Origin: Eledone cirrhosa
Taxonomy: Eukaryota
Assembly: GCA_964016885.1 (NCBI GenBank)
Contig: OZ024748.1
Location: forward strand, 57,350,001 to 57,414,000
Length of the DNA stretch: 64,000 nucleotides
Reading direction: 5' to 3'
The notes beneath the pieces were generated by a model. The model made no database searches and was not told the origin of the DNA. It worked only from the letters and a program-made list of their open reading frames with translations. Both the position numbers and the translations under genes were made by a program. How positions within the stretch are numbered: the first letter of the stretch is position 1; every line of letters begins with the position of its first letter. Shown piece after piece: positions 12,102 through 25,244 of this stretch.

Positions 12102-14432
12102 GTAAAAGGTAGTAAGCATGAACAGACACTTATACCAGGTGCGAACACAGGAGCCAAATTCCCACTGTCATCACCTCCATCTCTCTCGTCCTCCCTATCT
12201 CACATGTACACCAGGTCTGAACACAGAGGAGCCGAACTCCCAATGTCATCGCTTCCGCCATAAGACAGTAGGGCTGTCTTACATTATACACATTTAACAC
12301 TATGATAGAACTAGCTACTTTTAAAGCAAAAAGAAAAAAAAAACACGTGCCTTTTTAAAATGAAATCTATTGTGGTTTAGCTGGTGAATTTATTTGTCTT
12401 CTTATCTTTGATATCATCAGCAGTCAGTTCGTTCCAGCTCTCTAACATAGGCTTATTTATATTTGTATAATCTAAGACAGCTTACTGATATGGACGAAAT
12501 GTTTTAATTTACTGCTTAAACATTTTAATTGTGGTATTTATTTATTTTTCTCATCGTCTGAAACCGTGGTATAATCATATATATTTTGATTTACTAACTA
12601 TAATGTAAGTAAAACTCTGCTTGTCTTTTTGTATTTTTGTTTAGTATGCTTTGTTTTGGTAAATATCATTATTATTGTACCATAATTATTGTTTCTACTT
12701 TTGGTTCAAGGCCAGCAATTACCCAGAGCATTACTGATACTTTATTTTATCGACCCCGTAAGGATGAAAGGCAAAGTTAACCTCGGCGGGATTTGAACTC
12801 AGAATGGCAAGGACCGTAACTCTATGCGTCAAAGCATGGCGTCCGACCCTCTACCGATACTGCCAATCCACCGCCTGTGTGATACATGTATTGTACCATA
12901 ATTATAAGACATCAACAGAAAAACCTCTACCTACAAAGACACTTACAAGCACAGCAGAAATCATCATTAGTGACATCATCCTTTTGCTCCAGCGGTAGGG
13001 GGACACACATTATTAGCAGGCTGTGCTGTTATTTTATAAGTGAGGCTAACCTGAAAGTTTAGACGTAGACAAACACACACGACAGGCTTCCACAAAGTAA
13101 CCCATCTACCACATTTCACTCACAAGGCTGTGGTCAACCTGGGGCTATAGCTAAATGCACTTACCCATGTGCGCCACGCAGCGGGAACGAACCCGGGGCC
13201 TCACGCTGCCACAACCTGCCTTCTCACTCAGGTCATCCAACAGTGGCAGATTAAGGGTGTAGGTCGTTGAATCAGAGACCCCCAACAATAATGATTTCTA
13301 CTATAGGCACAAGGTCAGCAATTTTGGGAGAGGGGAAAGTTGATTAAATCGACACCAGTGCATTACTGGTACTTTATTTTATTGACTCCGTACGGATGAA
13401 AGGCAAACCTAATCTCAGCGGGATTTGAACTCAGATCATAAAGGGCATAACTCTATGCTGCAAGGCAGGGTGTCAGACGGTCTACCGATACTGCCAATCC
13501 ACCACCCTGGTGACCCCAACAATAATGAGAGGGTCTCAAATTAATTGATGTTTTTTCTTGTTGTTTTTGCTACTGGTAAATGATACACAAGCTTAATCCG
13601 GATATATCAGTCATGTATCACACCAGCTTGTGTGTGTATGTATGCATGGGTGAGTGTGTTTGTGTATGTATGCATGCGTGTTTATGAGTGTGTTTGTGTT
13701 GGAGTGTGTGTGTGTGTTTGCTCCTCAGAAAGCTGTCTTTACTATGAAAGGCTGCCCTCAAACTATATGAAATGTAAAAACATAAAACCTTAAACCATCG
13801 TCATTTGGAACGTTGGTTTTATCATGTTTTAATTTGTAACTAGAGACTAATACTCCCACAAATAAATAAATAAATAAAACCACCGAGACCTTCTTGAAAT
13901 TCTTTACTCCTTATCGACCCCATGCCAACACAAAAATAAATACATAAATAAGCTAAGGACTGAACAAGATATGAAATAAACAGACTTATATATGTCGAAT
14001 TATATATAAATCAGATAAATCAATACGAAAGGGGGTTACTCCTAAGGGTCTTTGGAGTAACGTTATTCGATAGAGTGGGTAGCTGGGAGAGCAGAGAGTT
14101 ACTCCAGGTAGAACCACTACTTCTTCGAATTGAGAGATCACAGCACCGATACTATGGGCATGTGGTTAGAATGTCTCAGGAATAAAATCACTGGACAGAT
14201 TTTATGGGCATGTGGTAAGAATGTCTCAAGAAAGATACCTGGACAGATTTTAACGGCAAAAGCCAACTGGCAAGAAACCCAGGAGTAGACCCCCGAGCAA
14301 GATGGTTGGATAACATCCATGAGTTTGGTTGGTCTTTGAGATTTGATCTCTTGAGAGATTTGATGATTGTGGAAGGGGACTAGTAACCAGAAATTGTTTT
14401 TTTTATATTTTTTTTTATATTTTTTATATTTT

Positions 14433-16200
14433 CTATATATTTACTCCATTTAGATTTTGTGCTAATGTCAACCATTCTGGTATAAGTGTATCTCCCTTAA
14501 GGACTTGTTGGTAGAGGTCAGTAAGATACCTCCGATAGAACATCATTTTTTTGTACCAGTAGCCGACAATCATGTCTCTTCCTGGTGTTTTCTTATCTTG
14601 GAGTTTTCCTATCACAGTCTCAAGGGTACCCTCACTTATTTCGTATGTTTTTGTTGTAGTGTAGGAGCAATAATTCTTTCGGATTTCTCTTAGCCACACT
14701 GCATCTTGGTTGAAATTCTTCTTTTCACCCCATATTTTGCTCCAAAAGGAATCTATGTCTTTCTGGGATGGGGCCTCAGTGACACTTATTATTTTGCCCT
14801 TCATATCTCTATAGACTGATGTTTGGTTTCGTCTGAATCTTTTATTAAGCACTTTTCTCTCATCTACCTTCTTCAGGTATCGGCGTTTTTCGCTAACAGC
14901 TCTCAATTCTTGTTTGAGGTTGATCAGCTTATATTGGAGAGATCTAGTTCTACTGTTACCAAACATCGTCTCTATTTTATTTTTCACTCTTTGTTGTTGA
15001 GGAGTGAGGTTTTTTTGTGTTTGTTTGCATGTAAAGAGCATTGTCACATATCCTATGTTTTTTCGTAGGTCAGCAATCTTTTTTTTCTATTTTAGTTATA
15101 TATGATGGTATTTTTGGTGGTGTTTTGTTCTGGTTAATATCTCTGCTATCACCAAGATAATGCTTCACTGTCGTTGCTAAGGCATATAAACAGGCGTTGA
15201 TTTGCCAAAATGTTGGGGTTTTTATCCGTCGTAAATATTCATCCCCTATTTCGTCCATAACACGTAATATTTCATTATTTGTTTTTTTTTATTAAACATT
15301 GTCGTTTTAATACGTTCAGCAAGGGAGATATTTATACATGAATTAATTTCTCTCTGGAAGATTTCGTTGAGGGAAAATTTCAATTGTTTATACTTTTGAT
15401 TATTATCATTATCGATAGTATTTTCCACAACAGTCGAGGTAGACTCGGATGGTACACGTGGCGTCAAATTTCTTCGATTAATATTATTTCTTCGATTATT
15501 ATTATTATCGATAGTGTTTTCCCCAGCATTCGAGGTAGACTTAGATGGTACAGGTGGTGTCAAGTTTCTTACAGGCATAGTTGTTTCAAGGCGCTGTTCG
15601 ACCTGGCTGCTCGGAAGTCTAGTAGCATGGCGACCTGTAGCACATGTTGTTGATAACATGTTTGTTGTGGGGGACTTACAATTAATAATATTTATCTTAT
15701 TTTTACGTTCAACAAACGTCGCTTGTTGGCGTAATTGTTTCGCTGTGAAATAATTTAGCTCTGGGTGTATTTCGTCCAAGTGTAGCTTCATTCTGTTCAT
15801 ATAGCCAATGGAGGGATTGTTTTTTGCCATTTTATAACAATTAAATAAATCATTATTAAGTTCACAACTCCAAGAGAAATGCGATTTATAATTTCGGTTT
15901 CTTCTGTAGCTACAACTGAATAAAGTTTGTTTACCTTCCTTGTTATTTGTCTTCGGTACTTCCTTAATGTTGTTGTTGATGTTGTGTTCAGCCATGCTGT
16001 TTGTAGCAAATCCTTGTAAAATGAGTTATGTATTTAGTCGAATATCTCTACGAATTCGAATAAAAGGTGTCTTCAGAAGATATAGTTAGAAGAATAACCA
16101 GTTATTCAACATGACTGTAGTTGTGGCATTACCGTCGGAGATAGTATTCATCTTAAATTTAATAAATAGTCTCCCACACCAAAATATGCGACTGATCGCG
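14433..16200 (-). mobile_element. 5' part of an R4/Dong-like (REL-endonuclease) non-LTR retrotransposon, frameshifted, truncated at RT start
   Basis: N-terminal WSCELNNDLFNCY..GYMNRM..TAKQLRQQA motif; FWSKIW and KKTPGRDMIVGYWYKK at RT start, across ORFs 15246-15995, 15070-15258, 14433-15047. Confidence 0.7.
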
Positions 16201-16636
16201 TTGACTGTATGTATGTATGACTGTATGTATGTATATATATATATGTATGTATGTGTGATGTAATTGCTCTGGTTTCGGCGTTGCCGCTCCCACTAATATT
16301 GTCTCTTTAGCTATTACTCATAAGGGCGTATACATGCTTCTAATCCCCATTCCAGCTTTATATAGATATTTGTATTGACTTGGTATGAACAATATAACGA
16401 ACAGTTTTAGTCAAGATACAGGCGTAGTGAATTGTTATAATTGAATGCATACACTTCTACATTTATATGTATCTATTTGCTTTTAAATTCACCTGTCATA
16501 TGTCGTTTATCTCTGTGGAATAGTATGGAATGGATTTCCGTTAGCTTAGACGATGAGCATTCTAATTATTCAAACCACCTGCTCATTTAAATTAACGTGG
16601 AAGTGCATGAGCATTCCAGTGACATGTGTTAGCTTA

Positions 16637-16860
16637 ACGTGGCCAATGGCTTGAGGGAAGCCGACTTCCAGGTCGAAGTTCGCGCCTTAGAGGTTGGGTC
16701 CAGAGGTTTTGTAGGCAAATCTGTCTACAGTCTCATGAAACAACTTTCAGTCTCTGGAAAGACGAGGATCAAAGTCTTAAAGGCAATATCAGAGGTAGCA
16801 GAAATGAGTTCTAGCTGGATCTGGTCGAGGAAAAGTAAAAACGACTTCCATATCGTTTGA
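16637..16860 (+). mobile_element. C-terminal REL-endonuclease fragment of a HERO/NeSL-like non-LTR element
   Basis: LEVGSRGFVGKS...AISEVAEMSSSWIWSRK matches the EVGxRGF..AExxSxWIW terminus typical of HERO-type ORFs. Confidence 0.6.
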
Positions 16861-17260
16861 GGGCACAGTGTTTGTATTTTAGCTCACCCTAATGGCAGTA
16901 TCTTTGAGTGAGCCATTGTTGTTGCGTTGGTGGCGGCGGTGATACTATCGAAGTCTCACCGCTATCAACGTTATTTTTGCAACTCAAGAAAGGGTTTGAA
17001 TATAAGCTTAAAAAAAGAGGCAACGGGAAGGAGTTCCAACTCGACCCCGCCAACAAAATTTCCATAAGATTTAAATACACAGAAAGTCTCCGATATCTGA
17101 ATGACTAAATGGCAACAGAAGAACACGCAAGAGTCATGACCAGGATACGGCCCGGTCCTCTTAGAGTGTAAGAAGTTAAGAACTGAAAGTGTTGCTCGAG
17201 GATGGGGGTTCTTCTCTAAAGACCTTCTGCTGTCCAGCTTTCCTCAGAGTTATTTTTACC

Positions 17261-17956
17261 AGTATGTATATATGTCTAGGGCGGGTAAAATTCCCGAGAT
17301 CCATGGATGAGTTCTCTCCAGCGGTCTCTGTACCGCGTTATCGCTGCCATGTCTTGCGTCTGCAAGAGACGAGTGTCTGTCCTTAGGGCATCAACATATA
17401 TTAACTTCGGTCTTCCTCTTCCAGTGTGTCCATATAGGGGCTCCCCCACAGGAGCATTGAGTGCAGTGTCAAATCTGGATGTCGGTGAGCATGTCAAGCT
17501 AACCACAATCTCCTCTGTGCTACTCTCGAGCTGACTTTTGGGAGGCTCCCGTACAACACTGAGTTCTTCGTCCTCAGTGTATACTGATTAATGTTCAGAG
17601 CCATCATGTGTCGATGAGTGTGGGGCTGAGAATGAATGAGATTAAGACGAAGTATCTGGTAGAGAATATTAAGAAACCAGAGAAGATTATTAATGTAGGC
17701 GGGAAACCACTAGAATTGGTTGAGGATTTCCTGTATTTGGCAGCAAAGATTGGGAATACAGAAGATGATATGGTCGAGAGGAAGAGCAAAGCCTGGGCGG
17801 CGTGCCACAGTTTGAGATCAGTGTGGAAATCGAACCTTCGTAAAGAACTGAAGATCCGTCTCTTCGTTTCTGTAGTGGAGTCTGTGCTGCTGTACGGCCC
17901 GGAGACTTGGACACTGACCAAGAAACTCCCTCAGATTGTGGATGGTTGCTACACAA

Positions 17957-17960
<4 letters not shown>
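17261..17960 (-). mobile_element. RTE-clade LINE fragment with inverted 5' segment
   Basis: Plus segment 17606-17957 (DFLYL, VESVLLYGPETWTLTK..DGCYT) is continued on minus from ~17607 (MALNI..GRGRPKL..RDRWRE). Confidence 0.75.
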
Positions 17961-18040
<80 letters not shown>

Positions 18041-18042
<2 letters not shown>

Positions 18043-18357
18043 AGTATATGTTGATTGTATACCAACACCTCAGTATGCAGATTGGAGCACTCGACGAAGT
18101 GCGCAGGTTGGTTTGGTTACTCTAGAGTAATGTAAAATAAAATAAAATAAATAAGTCAAATGTTTAAAATTTGGCTTCGTTTATTACTGCTGTATATATT
18201 TCGGTGACAGCCATCTTTGGCTGTGACCTCTTCAGGCAGTCCGAATTAGTGTGGTAGAGACGAGTACACATGTTGTTGAGGTGTTTAACTTTGTCAATAC
18301 TCTGATATGCCCAGTTCCTGGTTGGGTTGTTGTTTCACTGAGGAACTGGAATCATAT
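18041..18357 (-). repeat. Penelope-like pseudo-LTR copy with hammerhead motif (18186-18240; cleavage triplet mutated)
   Basis: Reverse complement of 23574-23890; ACTGC-CTGAAGA-stemII-GAAA-TATATA-CA-GCAGT. Confidence 0.7.
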
Positions 18358-18968
18358 GAATTTAAACAAACGAATTTCAGCGTCAAAGGGCATCTTCTCC
18401 TCTCATTGGTCAGTTGTGAGAACATTCCTCAGTCAAAAGTCTATAGAAATTCGTCCTGAGGCAAGGCAATCTGTTGTTCTTGTTATTGTTAAGTACATCT
18501 GACCTCTACTCTTATGTTGGTAGTGGTGTTGGTATTGGAGTCAGCTCAAAAAAATGATAAAGTGGTAGAAGGAACAATATGGCAAAGGAACAAAATAAAA
18601 TAATCAAATAAAATGTGTGTGTGTTATACCCAATCTCAATGTTATAAACATTTGTAAGGTCACTCCTCCCATTGGTTAGTTTTGAGAGCATTCCTCAGTC
18701 AAAAGTTTATAGAAATTCTTTCTGTGTTTTTTTGCTATAGCAAAAAAACATTACAGGGAGCTGCAAGGAGTAACCAATCGTCCTTGTTATCTATCTATCT
18801 ATCTATCTATATATATATATATATTAAAGTGTTAAACGATATTCAATGATTATGTCAAAGAATGAGTTTTACAGTAGATTGAAAGCACTCTACGAAAAAA
18901 ATAATTTTTTTCCGGAGTTATTAATATCATAATATAAATATTAATAAAATAGATTGTTCTTTTGATCA

Positions 18969-19031
18969 ATTACATTTTATTATACATATTTCGGATGTAC
19001 AACAGTACGTCCTCATCAGACAAAATATAAT
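18969..19031 (-). ncRNA. Minimal type-I hammerhead ribozyme
   Basis: ATTATATTTTGT-CTGATGA-GGACGTAC(TGTT)GTACATCC-GAAA-TATGTA-TA-ATAAAATGTAAT: 12-bp stem I with two G:U, 7/8 stem II, near-palindromic stem III, AUA triplet. Confidence 0.75.
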
Positions 19032-21184
19032 GATACATGACATACTCTGAGATGTTAAATGGTTAAGATTTAATCAAACCCGAGAGAAAATTTTACTTAT
19101 ATAGCCTAATTATGAGAAAATGCGAAAACGTAATAAATTCATTAGAGAATGTGTGAGTAAGAAAAAACGTTGCTTACTGTAACTGTTCTAAAAGTTTTTA
19201 AAATGTATGATACTACGATATATCTAGGAAAGCGTCTCATGAATCATAACAGCCAGTGATAGCCACTGGAAAAGGATTTATAAAGAGGGAAAGATAAAGG
19301 GGAGGGGGTATATGTAGAAGGAGATTTTTTCCGAAAGTTAAACGGTTAAATTTGAAAATATTTAATTTATAATATTAGGGTGAAGACTCCAGATTTCAGG
19401 ATTATTTGCTGGTTATTTATATATTATTTTTATAAATTCGATAAGTGTGTTTATCATTTCTAAACTTCTGAATTTTATGAGGGTAACATTTAAAGGATTT
19501 AGCTGGCACATAAAGGATGAAATATTATACTGTTGATTATTTACCTAAATTTAAACTTTAACAAAAATATCAACATGTAAAGCTTTTGAAGAACTTATCG
19601 TTATAAATATTTAAATAACTATTATGTATATAGGTATATATTAATAAGCCAGTATGTTTAAGGTAAATAATAACGACGAAGATAAAAATAAAATAAGATA
19701 ATAGGTTCAAGCATGTTAAAGATAAATATACACCTATGCATAATTGGGTGTAAATGTACTAATTATTCTTCAACCAAGATATCAACATATTATTAGATAT
19801 AGGGAGGTATATATATAGATATATATTAGGTATTATTAATGTAGTATACTTTAGGTAAATGATAACAGATATAATTTTATAAAGTAGAGTTCCATAACTT
19901 CTTACACTCTAATATATTTGTGTGTGTTTGTGTGTGTGATATGTATGGATGCGGTCCGGCTCTCTTAGAATGTAAGAAGTTATGGAACGAAATTCTTGGT
20001 CATGGAGGATTTCTTCACTGAAGACTTTCTGCTGTCCAACTCTCTTGATAGTTTCTTACCACACTTACAATGTATAACAAATCGAACCCTCACTTGAAAA
20101 TACACGTACGATCTATTTAGTTCTGATTAGAAGGTGAACCGTGGCTAAAATAAGTGGCACTTGCCCAAGTTGTCACTCGGTGGACTCGAACACGCAACGT
20201 AATCATTGCTAAGCGAACACTTTCTACATTTGGTTATAGTGTTTCCACTTGTTAACAGTTTAGTGTTTGTATAATATCTAGATAAATAAATGTGATAAAT
20301 CGTTCTCCTTTTATTTAACCTTTGTTCATATTTTATAGATAAGAAACGTATCGCAATCTGCAAAGCCGAACAACTTCGGTATTTGAGAATAAACAATCCT
20401 GCTTACATTCGCTGATACATAAGTACTCAAACACAAATTGATATGTATGTATATATGCACACTTACATCCACACACCCACAAACATACCCCCCCCCCCCC
20501 CACACACACATGTATGTATGTATGTATGTATGTACTTCTGGTTTTATAATTTCACACATTCTTCCCAATAGAGAGAAAGTCGGTTTCTAACATAGACACA
20601 AGACTCTCTCCTTGGAATTTACACAACATCAACTAGGTAGATATGTATGTATTTCTGCATGCATGCATGTGTAGATATGGGTGTTATTATCTATGTGGAT
20701 GTGTATGTTTTGAGTTGTATGTGTGCATGTGTATATGCTTTGTATCTGTACAAAGATATTAGATGCAAAATGTTTGGTATGTATGTATGTATGTATGTAT
20801 GTATGTATGTATGTATGTATGTACGCATGCATGTATGTAGGGATCGATGCATGCATATATGTATGTGTGTGTATGCATGCATGTATGTTTATATATATAT
20901 ATTGGATGGATGTATATTTGTATATGTCTGCATATATATTTGCATGCATGTGTGAATGTATGTCAACATGCATGTATATATGTATGTATGTAACCCTGAT
21001 GGTATCCACTGATGTTGACTTGTTCTTCTTTTTGGTAAATATCATCTTGGTTAAGAGAGTGGGACTGGCTTTGTGCAGTGACTTTGCTCACTATAAAAGC
21101 TTCACGGCACAGGCATTGCTTTATATCTGGAGATCTCTCTGCACTTGTCGTCACATGGTACCATGGGCCCAGCACTATGTGTCA

Positions 21185-21345
21185 ATAATTGTCGCAAGTG
21201 TAGTGTTTGTACCAGAGTTTTCAAGTCGCTGGCTGGACTAAAAAGTCACACTCGTTCAGCGCATCGGTAGGGGTTCTCCTACATGGATATAAAGTAGTGG
21301 CCGTACTCGAAAACGAGTTGGCAGCCACCATGTATGTATGTATGT
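21185..21345 (+). mobile_element. 3' end of a LINE (probably RTE-like) with terminal C2H2 zinc finger and (TATG)n tail
   Basis: Reads RKCSVCTRVFKSLAGLKSHTRSAHR* then a short UTR and ATGT repeats. Confidence 0.55.
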
Positions 21346-21695
21346 CAGGTCTCCCTTCCGCGCTATTGGTAACATGTAACCCAGTTCAACCTCAACATGG
21401 TTGGGTCGTCGGCGACTAAACCGCTAACCTCTCCAAGTTTGCTTGGTGAGGAGGGCGAATTTGGACACCCTGCTGGATAAAAAATAAGGCCCGTCAAAAC
21501 AGAGGAACTCTGGAGAGTCAACGGCTATCAAATAAAGTTTTCTTTTTTGTGGAGCGAAAGACTCCTAGTCTTCATTAATACATCTCTCTAGGAGAAGATC
21601 ACTTTGATATAAAACTTGCGACTTCGTTTGCACGCAATGATGCAGACCAGTTTATCTTTTTGGACAAATGCATTCGATGTTCAGAAAGTGGGAAT

Positions 21696-21757
<62 letters not shown>

Positions 21758-22007
21758 GCACACGCACACGCACACACACACACACACACACTATATTGGT
21801 TTAATCAATATATATATATATATATATTGATTATGTGACTCAACACCGGAAGGTCGATAAACATAACATTTTTAGCATATTTTATACAAATTTAAAGGAC
21901 ATACCAAAACATCTTTTTCATATATCAAGTTGAGAAGCAAAAATTAGAATTATGTACATATATATATATGTCTGCTGATATGCAAATCTGGCTGATCAGT
22001 GGATCTG

Positions 22008-22675
22008 CTAATATGCAGATCTGACTGACAGCCAGATTTGCATGGCCTTCCTTATCTTATGTTTAGTCCTATCTATGCTATTCCATGATTTGCTCCTGTA
22101 CAATAGGCAAATCTCTTTCATGTCCATCTCTATGAGGGTTTTATATTTCTCCGTGGATCCTTTGTACTCTCTGATTCTGTCGCTTTGGTTGTAGCCAGAG
22201 AACTGCATACAATTGATGAAGTGTTGGATGTGTCTTTCCGTTTCAGTTGGATCGCATATATGCGCAACACATTCTTCATCACTCTTACCAAGTCGGCGAT
22301 CAGAATATTAAACTTAGCACTATTGGACATCACTGAGTTTCTGTGTATAAGGTATTAGGAGGCCATGGGTTTAGCATAATGTGAGTGGAGAATTTGGGCC
22401 CTCTTGTCTATAGTGTTTAACCAGAGTTCAGTGTCTAATAGTGGTAGTCTATTGTTAGGGTGTTTGGAAGCGTAGTCAATAGCTACTGTTATACTCTGGT
22501 GTATGGAGTTAGCTATCTGCTAAATGCTCTCCATTATGTTATTTTCTAATTCGGGTTTATTGGTACTCTCTTGTGGTGGGTGATTTTATTAATATATTGA
22601 TATCGTCTACGTAACGTAGGAGTTCTCTGAGTCTCCTTTCCCACCATACCATAAATAGGTTGGCAACATCACAAG
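22008..22675 (-). mobile_element. Penelope-like element (Neptune-like) reverse transcriptase/thumb remnant
   Basis: Manual minus translation: DVANLFMVWWE..RYVDDINI..ANSIHQSITV..RLPLLDT..HYAKPMAS..SAKFNILIADLVRVMKN..QFSGY, with stops and frameshifts. Confidence 0.8.
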
Positions 22676-23016
22676 ATATATTTTTTTAATTGTTATTTTT
22701 ATTTTCATTTTTAGATTGCCAATATTGCATTATTTGAAGGCTAAGTTAACCTCGGCGGAATTTGAACTCAGATTGGAAAAGTTACGGCGCTTTCTAATCT
22801 GAGTTCCAATCCCGCCGAGGTTAACTTTGGCTTTCATCCTTACGGGGTTGATAAAATAAAGTACCAGTAATGCACTGGTTAATTGGTGGCCTTGTGCTAA
22901 AATGTAGAAACAATTATTTGTGTTTGAATTGTCATTTAAAGTAGTTAACTGGTGAGAGTTATTTCCCTTGATAAACATCCCCCCCCCCACACACACACAC
23001 AGACACACACCAACAG

Positions 23017-23097
<81 letters not shown>

Positions 23098-23690
23098 CAG
23101 TGCAACATGTACGTATAAGCTAAACAAGCTATAGCTTAGGGCCCCCACTTTCTTGGGGCCCCGAAAAATTGAAAGAAACGGTGTGTACATTTCGAAAATA
23201 TAAGATAAAAAAGAACTAAATTAATGCAATAATTTTAAACAGTTTTCTGCTTTAATATTGAACGTTTTGCAGCTTTTATAACATGTTTTATAACATATAA
23301 AACATTATCTCAAATAGCTTAGGGCCTCATCAAATCTAAATGCGGCCCTGTATATATATATACATACGTATATAAAGTGTGATGCAACAGTCCTCGGTTG
23401 CAGCATCTCTGCATAAAACGTAATCATATACAAATAGTATGTGGTTGTCGAAATTTGAGAGAGAAGAGAGAAAGAGTGAGAGAGAGCGTGTGAGCGAGAG
23501 GAAAAGAGAGAATGAGTGAAGAAATAAAAAGAGAGAGAGAGCACTTTCAAAATCATCCGGTGCTATGATCACTGTATGATTCCAGTTCCTCAGTGAAATA
23601 ACAACCCAACCAGGAACTGGGCATATCAGAGTATTGATAAAATTATACCCCTCAACAACATATGTACTTGTCTATACCACACTAATTCGG

Positions 23691-23745
23691 ACTGCCTGAA
23701 GAGGTCACAGCCAAAGATGGCTGTCACCGAAATATATATAGCAGT
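23691..23745 (+). ncRNA. Minimal type-I hammerhead ribozyme within Penelope-like pseudo-LTR (23574-23890)
   Basis: ACTGC-CTGAAGA-GGTCACAGCCA(AAGA)TGGCTGTCACC-GAAA-TATATA-TA-GCAGT; complete core, palindromic stem III. Confidence 0.8.
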
Positions 23746-23890
23746 AATAAACGAAGCTAAATTTTAAACATTTGACTTTTTATTTTACTTTATTTTACAT
23801 TACTCCGGAGTAACCAAACTAACCTGCGCACTCGTCGAGTGCTCCAGCCTGCATATTGAGGTGTTGGTATACAACCAACATATACACAAA

Positions 23891-23928
<38 letters not shown>

Positions 23929-23929
<1 letters not shown>

Positions 23930-24063
23930 ACGAAGGAAATGTGGTAAGGAACCAGGTGGACCATAACGCACCAAAGTACTCAATACTTAGGGTAGTAGAG
24001 TGGGTAATAGGAACGAGTAGGACCCCGACGGCTGAGCTCAAGCCGTTTCGACGGCTAGTTCTG
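23929..24063 (-). repeat. Short Penelope-like repeat carrying the 3' half of a hammerhead (other copies ~4855-5010, 10072-10206, 56613-56808, 58502-58690, 58930-59075, 59175-59303)
   Basis: GTC-GAAA-CGGCT(TGAGCTC)AGCCG-TC-GGGGTCC followed by shared tail CCACTCTACTACCCTAAGTATTGAGTAC..CCTTACCAC; flanked by (TA)n. Confidence 0.7.
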
Positions 24064-25208
24064 TATATATATATATACTTAGTAAAGAACTCAGGGTAGT
24101 CCCTTACAATTAAATAGCTCTAAGAAAAAAGCTTTTCCGAGCTGTACAATATAATTGAATAAACAAGAGAGATGAACACTAATATAAACATACATGTGTT
24201 CGAATCGTAAGGACTAAAATTTGCTAGGGTGAAAAAATACTAACTACAGCAATATAGTTTATGTACGAATTTTCAAGTTTGTAAGCGACCTTACTCTACA
24301 CCGTTTTCTATCTTATCCGCTTTATATATTGACTGTTGGGAACAATTGTTTTTACAATTAACTATAACTAAAATATTTATATAATGATGATAATAGTGCT
24401 AATTATTCTAATAACGAAAATATTTATCTAGCTTATATATATAAACAAAAGCAATGTTGATTTTTAATATTACAGTTAAGCCCACTAATGCACTTGAAAA
24501 ATAAAAACTATTTTTTTACATGTACAGTACATAATTTAAAATAATGTTTGTCTCTTGTTCCTCAACACTAAATACAAACACAATAATACATTATAATTCA
24601 GTGGATAAATCGCTAATTTCTAAATTTATATATGTTAAGCCGGATACAAACACGAGTATATTTTATATATAAGTAGATTAAGCTTGCATGGGACCCATGG
24701 CCGAACATTTCTTCGAAGCCCTTGTACATTTCTTAGGGTTGCAAACAAATTAATTTGGGTTCATTTAAATGTTGTAGGGTCCCTAGCTACAATCTAATCG
24801 GCCCTCACTTCATAATCCACCACAGTTTATATATATAAACACAATATATGTATATATAGTGTATATATATATTATAAGGAGCGCTCCCTGCGAAGGTAAG
24901 TTTGTTCGTTACTAACCAAAACAGTCCGTTGCTTTGTTATCGCAACAACCACCGTACTGTTGCTACTAATAATATTACTGCTATTACTGTAATTTAATTA
25001 TCAGACCTTAGCTACCGCATATGATAATAATAACAACAACAATAACAATGATGAGAATTAGTACATGCCCATTCTCATTTAACATGTTAAAACATATCCC
25101 TTTGTTTCCGTCACTAACACGAGAGAACGAGGAAAATAAGATAATTGTTGCTAACTAAATTTTCTGTTTAAACCCACTCCAGATACATACATATATATAT
25201 ACATACAT

Positions 25209-25244
<36 letters not shown>

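Noticed and set aside
12400-12500. Hammerhead from CTGATGA on the minus strand at ~12414-12420
   Set aside because: No GAAA after the short stem and no stem I/III
16070-16185. HDV-like ribozyme at the R4-like 5' end
   Set aside because: Partial P1/P3 pairings visible but spacing and J4/2 could not be fitted
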